Shown: positions 52,333-58,670 of the stretch, in pieces
How positions within the stretch are numbered: position 1 is the first letter of the stretch
Layout: every line of letters starts with the position of its first letter
Assembly (NCBI GenBank): GCA_947258845.1
Contig: CAMYJZ010000008.1
Span: 1 to 58,670, forward strand
Length of the DNA: 58,670 nt
Direction: 5' to 3'
Source of the DNA: an uncultured Ectothiorhodospiraceae bacterium
GTDB taxonomy: Bacteria; Pseudomonadota; Gammaproteobacteria; UBA9214
Notes under the pieces: model-generated
Seen by the model: only the letters and a program-made list of their open reading frames with translations
Databases searched by the model: none
What the model was told of the DNA's origin: nothing
Position numbers and translations under genes: made by a program

Positions 52333-53808
52333 TTAGCGGACCGGTTCCAGGTGCAGCTGTTTTTCCGGCAGCCCGTAATTGTCCATCGATGTCTTCAGGG
52401 TTTCCACAAGCGGTGCCGGAACGCAGGCATAACAGTCATAGTTCATCAGGTCATCGATATCAGCGACGATACTCGGCAACAGTGCCTCGACGCCCGTTTC
52501 GGCATCGGTGGCCAGCGCCGTGTAGTGGAAGTTATCCAGGGCATCCGCCCATGAGCGGCACAGGTTGCCCAGGTAGTGACTGTTGCCTGCAGTCACGATC
52601 CAGTAGACGTGAATCTGCTCGGCGATATCCAGCGCCATGGCATGTTCGATCAGGCTCTTGACGGGGCCAAAACCGGCATTGCAGGCAATCAAGAGCAGCG
52701 AGCGCGGGGATTCCTCATTGAGGATGAACTCACCGCGTGGCCCCTTGATGCTGATGACGTTGTTCTGCCGGGTATTGTTTAGCAGGTGTTCTATAAAGGG
52801 GTTGCCGGATACGACTGGCAGGTGAAACTGGAGGTTCATGTCATCACAGGGGCAACTGGCGATCGAGCAATCCAGTGCGGGCAGGCCATCGGCCTCCAGT
52901 GACAGGTATTGGCCCGCCAGAAAACGCAAGCGGTTGGTGCGCGGGGTCTTGGCATGCAGTATCAGTACCCGGTCATCCGGACGTTCCACCTTCTTGATGC
53001 GAATGTCGATTTCCTGGTGGGGGATGTCACGGGTCCCGAGTGCCTCATCGGCCTCGAGGACCACGTCGGTCACGGCCGTGTTCGAGCAGGTGAGAATATA
53101 GCCCAGGCCCTTCTCGGTCTCCGTCAATACATAGTCATGCGGGCAGATCTTTTTTACCTGGCCGGAGACCACCTTGGCCTTGCATTGGCCGCAATTGCCG
53201 CTGCTGCAGCCGTAGCTCAGGGCCAGTCCGCTGCGCAGGCCCGCCTCCAGAATGGAGTCGGCCCCCTCGATGAAGAATTCGTGCCCGCTTGGCAGGATGC
53301 GTATCTGGGCAGCCATGACTCTGAGAAAAGCCTCCTTCGCTACTATGTCGTCGCTTGCTTCGTCCACCGAGTAATCCGTTTCCAGTGCCTGGAAAAACCA
53401 GTCACTGAGTTTACTAAATGCCTCTTCATGCAGCGCACCTTCTTGCGGTGCAAGTTCCTGGAACTTGTCTTTCAGGGCCTCAACCAGGCCGGCGTAGCGA
53501 CGCGCCTCGTGCCGTGCACGTGCCAGTTCCTGGCCGAGTGCCAGGATGCGAGCCGCCTGGGTATGCGTGTCAGGGGCTTCGTCGGCTGGCCGTACAATCT
53601 TGTTGACGGCCTGTTCCATGATCTGCTCGACGCGTTCGAGCATGGTGGTGTCTTCCACCTGCGCCTGCGGGTAGGAATGCAGCAGGTCAGACAGGAGGAG
53701 TTCGCCTTCAAAGGTGCGCAGCTCGCCCGCACGTATTTTCTTTTGCAGTGCGCCACGCTTGACGCCTACCAGGCGTGCAGCCCTAGAGAGTGTAATCAAA
53801 CGTGGCAT
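52333..53808 (-). CDS. Fusion protein: N-terminal HTH (MerR/excisionase-like), helical linker, plant-type [2Fe-2S] ferredoxin and FNR-like reductase module with degenerate flavin/NAD motifs
   Basis: 491 aa. HTH-like N-terminus MPRLITLSRAARLVGVKRGALQKKIRAGEL. The four Cys ligands lie in YGCSSGNCGQCKAKVVSGQV...YILTC. FNR-like region FLAGQYLSL...ISIKGPRGEF. The usual RxYS motif reads LDCSIAS, and the GGTGxAP motif reads ACNAGFGP. Confidence 0.75.
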   Translation of the reverse strand: MPRLITLSRAARLVGVKRGALQKKIRAGELRTFEGELLLSDLLHSYPQAQVEDTTMLERVEQIMEQAVNKIVRPADEAPDTHTQAARILALGQELARARHEARRYAGLVEALKDKFQELAPQEGALHEEAFSKLSDWFFQALETDYSVDEASDDIVAKEAFLRVMAAQIRILPSGHEFFIEGADSILEAGLRSGLALSYGCSSGNCGQCKAKVVSGQVKKICPHDYVLTETEKGLGYILTCSNTAVTDVVLEADEALGTRDIPHQEIDIRIKKVERPDDRVLILHAKTPRTNRLRFLAGQYLSLEADGLPALDCSIASCPCDDMNLQFHLPVVSGNPFIEHLLNNTRQNNVISIKGPRGEFILNEESPRSLLLIACNAGFGPVKSLIEHAMALDIAEQIHVYWIVTAGNSHYLGNLCRSWADALDNFHYTALATDAETGVEALLPSIVADIDDLMNYDCYACVPAPLVETLKTSMDNYGLPEKQLHLEPVR

Positions 53809-53939
53809 ATGTCCCCCAGAACAGCCCCGATTTTGTGATTGATTGGCATTACCATATCCTGTGCGGTGTCAATGCGCCAGCACCCGGCTCGACTATACTG
53901 GGGATTTCACAATGCGGATACAAGGAGGCCGGCGCTCCC

Positions 53940-54437
53940 ATGATCGAGGTGGTCTGCGGTGATATCACCGCGCTGGATGTGGATGCCATCGTCAACGCGG
54001 CCAATAACAGCCTGCTGGGCGGCGGCGGCGTGGATGGCGCCATTCATCGTGCCGCCGGACCGGAATTGCTGGCCTTCAACCGGTCGCTGGGTGGTTGCCG
54101 TACCGGGGAGGCTAAACTCTCGCCGGGTTTTAGCCTGCCCGCACGTCACGTGATCAGTACGGTCGGCCCGGTGTGGCATGGCGGGCAGCAGGGTGAACCG
54201 GAGCTGCTGGAATCCTGCTATGTCAGCAGCCTCGAGCTGGCGCTGGCCCATGATATCCGCAGCATTGCCTTCCCGGGCATCAGCACCGGGGTGTACGGAT
54301 TCCCCAAGGAGCAGGCGGCCGTCATTGCCATCAGGGCCATGCAGAGCTATGAAGCCCGTTTCGAGCGGATCATCGCCTGCTGTTTCAGCGAGGCCGATGC
54401 GGCGCTCTATCGGGAGGTGTTGCAAGAGCACTCGTAG
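53940..54437 (+). CDS. ymdB: Macro-domain protein, O-acetyl-ADP-ribose deacetylase (YmdB-like)
   Basis: Start re-picked at ATG 53940 (AAGGAGG RBS): MIEVVCGDITALDVDAIVNAANNSLLGGGGVDGAIHRAAGPELL...SIAFPGISTGVYGFP. Confidence 0.88.
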   Translation: MIEVVCGDITALDVDAIVNAANNSLLGGGGVDGAIHRAAGPELLAFNRSLGGCRTGEAKLSPGFSLPARHVISTVGPVWHGGQQGEPELLESCYVSSLELALAHDIRSIAFPGISTGVYGFPKEQAAVIAIRAMQSYEARFERIIACCFSEADAALYREVLQEHS

Positions 54438-54463
54438 TTTAGGTCATTGCTATCCCGTCAACT

Positions 54464-54484
54464 CCCTCTCCCTGCGGGAGAGGG
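54464..54484. terminator. GC-rich hairpin between convergent genes (possible bidirectional terminator or REP-type hairpin)
   Basis: CCCTCTCCC-tgc-GGGAGAGGG, a perfect 9-bp stem. There is no clean flanking T-run on either strand, so a terminator function is uncertain. Confidence 0.35.
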
Positions 54485-54519
54485 TTGGTATCAAATTTAT
54501 CAGCAGTGTGCCGAATCCG

Positions 54520-54741
54520 TTACAGCTTGCAGCTGACCGGTTTGCCGTCGTTCAGCCAGGCGGACCACTGGGCGTGGATCGAGACGTCGGTCCCGTCCTC
54601 CCGGGCCTGATCCTGCAAATAGGTCTGCAGGTCATGCAGCAGGTCGGAGTCCATCAACTCGAAATCCTCCTGCAGCCGGGCGTGCAGGGTCCGGTAGATG
54701 CGTTTGAGGTCCGTTAGTTCGTACTGGTCCAGTGGCTTCAC
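54520..54741 (-). CDS. Small acidic hypothetical protein (73 aa) translationally coupled to the upstream M23 peptidase gene
   Basis: The GTG start overlaps the peptidase TGA as GTGA. MKPLDQYELTDLKRIYRTLHARLQEDFELMDSDLLHDLQTYLQDQAREDG... is helical and protein-like. Confidence 0.5.
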   Translation of the reverse strand: MKPLDQYELTDLKRIYRTLHARLQEDFELMDSDLLHDLQTYLQDQAREDGTDVSIHAQWSAWLNDGKPVSCKL

Positions 54742-55610
54742 GGGGTAGCACCTCCGATATCTTTCATTCCTGTTGTTGCGGTTTCCGCTTCGGTCATGAA
54801 CAGCGTGGGGTCCACGCGACTGTCATTGAGGCTGACACCCCAGTGCAGGTGCGGGCCGGTGACGCGGCCGGTCATTCCGACCGCGCCGATGACCTCGCCG
54901 GCCGCCACCTGCTGTCCGGTCTCGACGTCGATCCGGTGCATGTGACAGTACATGGTCACCAGTCCCTGACCGTGATCGATAAACACGGTGTTGCCATTGA
55001 AGAAGTAGTCACCGGTATTGATGATAGTGCCGGGGGCGGGGGCCCGGATCGGTGTGCCTTCGGGGGCGGCAATGTCCAGACCGCTGTGCGGCTTGCGTGG
55101 TTGCTCATTGAAGAACCGCCGCAGGCCAAAGGTACTGCTGGTCGGTCCGTCTACCGGTTTGAGAAATTCAAGCGACACCGTGTCGGCATCGCTCCAGTTG
55201 CGCAGGGCGGCCTTGATCTGTTTCTGTTCGCGGCTGATGCGTTCCATGTCGCGTTTCTCCGGGTTGACCTTGCGCTTGTCCTTGATGGTGATGTGCTGGG
55301 TCTCATAGTCCTTGGCGGATACCTGGAAGGACAGTTTCAGCGGCTTGTCACTGCGGGTACGCGCGGACAGGTAGTGGGTCCCGGGCTTGGCGCCCAGGGC
55401 CAGTCCGACGACGGCGATGGTGCGTTCGGCCTCGCGGGTGACCAGCACGCGGCGTTCCCGGTAACGCACCGTGGCGGGATCGACATCGGCAGGCAGGCGA
55501 ATGGTGGCAATCCCTCCAGGTACCGGTGTCTGGTCATAGGTCAGTGCGCCGGCACCCGTGGGCAGCAGCAACAGGAGGGTGACAAGGGTGAGTTGTTTAA
55601 GGTGATGCAT
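54738..55610 (-). CDS. M23 family metallopeptidase (LytM-type)
   Basis: Start re-picked at ATG 55610: MHHLKQLTLVTLLLLLPTGAGA (signal peptide). Catalytic motifs HSGLDIAAPEGTPI and GRVTGPHLHWGV. Confidence 0.88.
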   Translation of the reverse strand: MHHLKQLTLVTLLLLLPTGAGALTYDQTPVPGGIATIRLPADVDPATVRYRERRVLVTREAERTIAVVGLALGAKPGTHYLSARTRSDKPLKLSFQVSAKDYETQHITIKDKRKVNPEKRDMERISREQKQIKAALRNWSDADTVSLEFLKPVDGPTSSTFGLRRFFNEQPRKPHSGLDIAAPEGTPIRAPAPGTIINTGDYFFNGNTVFIDHGQGLVTMYCHMHRIDVETGQQVAAGEVIGAVGMTGRVTGPHLHWGVSLNDSRVDPTLFMTEAETATTGMKDIGGATP

Positions 55611-55645
55611 GCCGGATATTTCCTGATGTCTTTGGTTAAAGGTAG

Positions 55646-57022
55646 TTACGCTGTGTCCTGGGTCTGTTCGACGCTGCACACCAGGACGCCTTCCGACAGC
55701 CTGGCCTCTACCCGGTCACCGGGTTTGACCTTGCTGGCCTGGTGCAGAATCTGTCGCTCCGGCAGCCGACTGACAATGGCGTAGCCGCGCTCCAGGGTCG
55801 CCAGCGGGCTGATGGTATCCAGGGCCCGGCTGGAGAGGCCCAGGCGGCGCTGCTTGTCACTCAGCAGGCGTTGCATGGCACTCCCGAGGCGCTGGCCCAG
55901 GTTTTCCTGGCGCAGCCGCTGCCGGGCGATGCCATGTACCGGGGACAGCCGTTTCAGCTGCCCTGATACATCATTAAGTTCAGACTGCAAGTTACTGATA
56001 TACCTGTTGACAATAAACCGGGATCGTTGTTCCAGTTGATCCAGCCGCTGGCTCTGCTGGCGCAGATACTGGCCCGGGTGAAGCTGCTGCAGGCGCTTTT
56101 CCAGCCAGCCGGCCTGCTGCCCGCCGAGTTGCAGTCGCTGCCGCAGGCGGTTTTCCAGGCGGCCGGCCAGGGTGGTGATCTGCGTCAGCCATTCCTGCTG
56201 ATCGGGACTGACCAGTTCCGCTGCGGCCGAGGGGGTCGGGGCGCGCTGGTCGGCGACAAAGTCGGCGATGGTGAAATCGATTTCATGCCCGACGGCACTG
56301 ACCAGGGGGATCCGGCAGGCATGTACGGCACGGGCGACCACCTCCTCGTTGAACGACCACAGGTCCTCCAGTGATCCGCCGCCGCGGGTGAGGATCAGCA
56401 CATCGCAGTCAGCCCGGTCCGAGGCCAGGCGGAGGGTGTCCGCGATCATGGCGGCGGCGTCCTTCCCCTGCACCGGGACGGGGTAGACCAGGACCGGTAT
56501 CGCCGGAAAGCGGCGTTGCAGGACGCTGAGGATGTCACGGATGGCGGCACCCGAGGGCGAGGTGATGACGCCGATGCGTTGCGGCAGGGCCGGCAGGGCC
56601 TGCTTGGTCTCCGGGGCGAACAGGCCTTCGGCGGCGAGCTTCTGCTTGAGTTCCTCGAAGGCGCGGCGCAGGGCGCCGTCACCGGCTTCCTCCATGTGAT
56701 CGACTATGAGCTGGTAGTCGCCGCGCGGTTCGTACACGCTGACCCGGGCGCGTACCAGGGCCTGCATGCCTTCCTCCGGGGTGAAACGCAGTGACTGGCT
56801 GCGGTTGCGGAACATGGCGGCGCGTATCTGGGCGCGGGCGTCCTTCAGGGTGAAATAGACATGGCCGGAGGAGGGGCGGGTGATATTGGACAGTTCACCC
56901 TCCAGCCAGACCCGGGCAAAACCCTGCTCCAGCAGGACGCGCACCTCGCGGTTGAGGCGGGAGACGCTGTAGATATCGCGCCGGGTGGATTGGTTTCCGG
57001 CTTCGGGGTCTGGGGGTGCCAT
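55646..57022 (-). CDS. xseA: Exodeoxyribonuclease VII large subunit
   Basis: 458 aa. IYSVSRLNREVRVLLEQGF..VWLEGELSN...SGHVYFTLKD (OB fold) and a C-terminal coiled-coil region. Divergent from guaB, as in many proteobacteria. Confidence 0.95.
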   Translation of the reverse strand: MAPPDPEAGNQSTRRDIYSVSRLNREVRVLLEQGFARVWLEGELSNITRPSSGHVYFTLKDARAQIRAAMFRNRSQSLRFTPEEGMQALVRARVSVYEPRGDYQLIVDHMEEAGDGALRRAFEELKQKLAAEGLFAPETKQALPALPQRIGVITSPSGAAIRDILSVLQRRFPAIPVLVYPVPVQGKDAAAMIADTLRLASDRADCDVLILTRGGGSLEDLWSFNEEVVARAVHACRIPLVSAVGHEIDFTIADFVADQRAPTPSAAAELVSPDQQEWLTQITTLAGRLENRLRQRLQLGGQQAGWLEKRLQQLHPGQYLRQQSQRLDQLEQRSRFIVNRYISNLQSELNDVSGQLKRLSPVHGIARQRLRQENLGQRLGSAMQRLLSDKQRRLGLSSRALDTISPLATLERGYAIVSRLPERQILHQASKVKPGDRVEARLSEGVLVCSVEQTQDTA

Positions 57023-57152
57023 GGGGCGCTAGAATACACCCATTTCCCCGCAGATGACCCGTTGCCGGCGGGTACACCGGTCACCGCGGTTTACCGGAGT
57101 CGGTGCAATCCCTATAATTGGCGCCCATTCTCAACCGGCGGACAGAATTACC

Positions 57153-58610
57153 ATGCGCATAGTGCAGGAAGCCCTTACTTTTGACGATGTCCTGCTGTTG
57201 CCGGCACATTCCAGGGTACTGCCACGCGATGTCAGCCTGCATTCCCGGTTGACGCGCGATATCGATTTGAAAATCCCCCTGTTGTCTGCCGCCATGGATA
57301 CGGTCACCGAGTCCAGGCTGGCGATCACCCTGGCCCAGGAAGGCGGCATTGGCATCATTCACAAGAACATGACGCCCGAGCAGCAGGCCGTACAGGTCAG
57401 GCAGGTCAAGAAGTTCGAAAGCGGCGTGATCAAGGAACCCATCACGGTGGGTCCCGAAGCGACCATTCGGGAAGTGATCGAGCTGACGCGGGCCAATAAT
57501 ATTTCCGGGGTTCCGGTGGTGGAGGGCGACAGCCTGGTGGGCATCGTGACCAGCCGTGACCGGCGCTTCGTCTCCAACCTGAACGACCCTGTGTCCAGTG
57601 TCATGACCCCGAAGGACCAGCTGGTAACGGTCAGGGAAGGGGCCGACAGGGATGAGGTCATCGCGTTGCTGCACAAGCACCGGATCGAACGCGTGCTGGT
57701 CATCAATGGTGATTTCAGGCTGCGCGGCATGATCACCGTCAAGGACATCCAGAAGTCCACCGATTTTCCCAATGCCTGCAAGGATGACCAGGGCCGTCTG
57801 CGCGCGGGTGCTGCTGTCGGTACCGGCTCCGGAACGGAAGAACGTGTTACCGCCCTGGTGCAGGCCGAGGTTGATGTCATTATCGTGGACACCGCACATG
57901 GCCATTCGCAGGGTGTCATCGATCGTGTGAAGTGGGTCAAGAAGAACTATCCGGATCTGCAGGTCATCGGCGGCAATATCGCGACCGCGGCCGCGGCCCG
58001 GGCGCTGGTCGATGCCGGTGCCGATGCGGTCAAGGTCGGGATCGGGCCCGGTTCGATCTGTACGACCCGCATCGTGGCGGGAATCGGCGTACCGCAGATC
58101 ACGGCGGTCGCCAATGTGGCCGAGGAACTCAGGAAGGATGACATCCCGCTGATTGCCGATGGCGGTATCCGCTACTCGGGTGACCTTGCCAAGGCCATCG
58201 CGGCCGGTGCCTGGTCGGTCATGATCGGCAGCATGCTGGCCGGCACCGAAGAGGCCCCGGGCGAGGTGGAGCTGTACAAGGGTCGCTCCTACAAGGCCTA
58301 CCGCGGGATGGGTTCACTGGGCGCCATGCAGCAGGGTTCCAGTGACCGTTACTTCCAGGAGGGCGGCGAACAGGACAAGCTGGTGCCGGAAGGCATCGAG
58401 GGCCGGGTGCCCTACAAGGGCACCATGCTGACTATCCTGCACCAGTTAATGGGCGGCCTGCGTTCCAGCATGGGATACACCGGCTGTGCGGGCATCGAGG
58501 AAATGCGCAGCAAACCGGAGTTCGTCCGGGTCACCAATGCCGGCATGAAGGAAAGTCACGTGCACGACGTATCGATCACCAAGGAAGCACCCAACTACCG
58601 GGTGGATTGA
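57153..58610 (+). CDS. guaB: IMP dehydrogenase
   Basis: Start re-picked at ATG 57153: [20 protein letters not shown]... Tandem CBS domains. Catalytic loop [11 protein letters not shown]. Confidence 0.97.
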   Translation: MRIVQEALTFDDVLLLPAHSRVLPRDVSLHSRLTRDIDLKIPLLSAAMDTVTESRLAITLAQEGGIGIIHKNMTPEQQAVQVRQVKKFESGVIKEPITVGPEATIREVIELTRANNISGVPVVEGDSLVGIVTSRDRRFVSNLNDPVSSVMTPKDQLVTVREGADRDEVIALLHKHRIERVLVINGDFRLRGMITVKDIQKSTDFPNACKDDQGRLRAGAAVGTGSGTEERVTALVQAEVDVIIVDTAHGHSQGVIDRVKWVKKNYPDLQVIGGNIATAAAARALVDAGADAVKVGIGPGSICTTRIVAGIGVPQITAVANVAEELRKDDIPLIADGGIRYSGDLAKAIAAGAWSVMIGSMLAGTEEAPGEVELYKGRSYKAYRGMGSLGAMQQGSSDRYFQEGGEQDKLVPEGIEGRVPYKGTMLTILHQLMGGLRSSMGYTGCAGIEEMRSKPEFVRVTNAGMKESHVHDVSITKEAPNYRVD

Positions 58611-58634
58611 TCGAGCTGGATTATTTACGGCGTA

Positions 58635-58666
58635 TTCACCGCAGAGGCGCAGAGGACGCGAAGAAG
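58635..58666 (+). repeat. Copy of dispersed purine-rich repeat family, forward orientation, at the window edge
   Basis: TTCACCGCAGAGGCGCAGAGGACGCGAAGAAG, about 25 nt after the guaB stop. Any inverted partner would lie beyond the window. Confidence 0.55.
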
Positions 58667-58670
58667 TTCA

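Overview
GC-rich gammaproteobacterial chromosome, almost entirely conserved housekeeping genes. From memory, the gene order resembles the Pseudomonas PA4427-PA4478 neighbourhood. Order of the window: (i) 1-2356, a decayed chromosomal integron with AT-rich cassettes on the minus strand, one attC, and an intI pseudogene carrying two in-frame TAG codons. (ii) Dabb protein, Zn-ribbon protein, leuS-lptE-holA-proA-nadD-rsfS-rlmH. (iii) maf-rng-yhdP-CN hydrolase-tldD, an orphan plus TlpA-like pair, then yjgA/pmbA. (iv) A small variable islet at 22.6-25.3 kb holding an orphan 365-aa protein, a truncated Tas-like aldo/keto reductase and two small orphan ORFs. (v) mgtE. (vi) A long minus-strand block: ptsI-ptsH-EIIA(Man)-rapZ-hprK-ptsN-hpf-rpoN-lptBAC-kdsCD-yrbG. 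(vii) mlaFEDCB-ibaG-murA-hisGDC. (viii) algW/degS-like protease, nif3, petABC, sspAB. (ix) An unusual HTH/[2Fe-2S]/FNR-like fusion protein, ymdB, an M23 peptidase with a coupled small ORF, xseA and guaB. No rRNA, tRNA or CRISPR array was seen. I found no convincing multi-gene novel system. The items most worth a second look are the integron remnant, a dispersed purine-rich repeat family including a 250-bp MITE-like composite between hisD and hisC, the orphan 365-aa protein beside a gene-truncation breakpoint, the permease-less HprK-containing PTS inside the rpoN cluster, and the HTH-ferredoxin-reductase-like fusion. Many ORF-track entries are antisense GC artefacts or 5' over-extensions. Starts were re-picked by eye where homology made that obvious.
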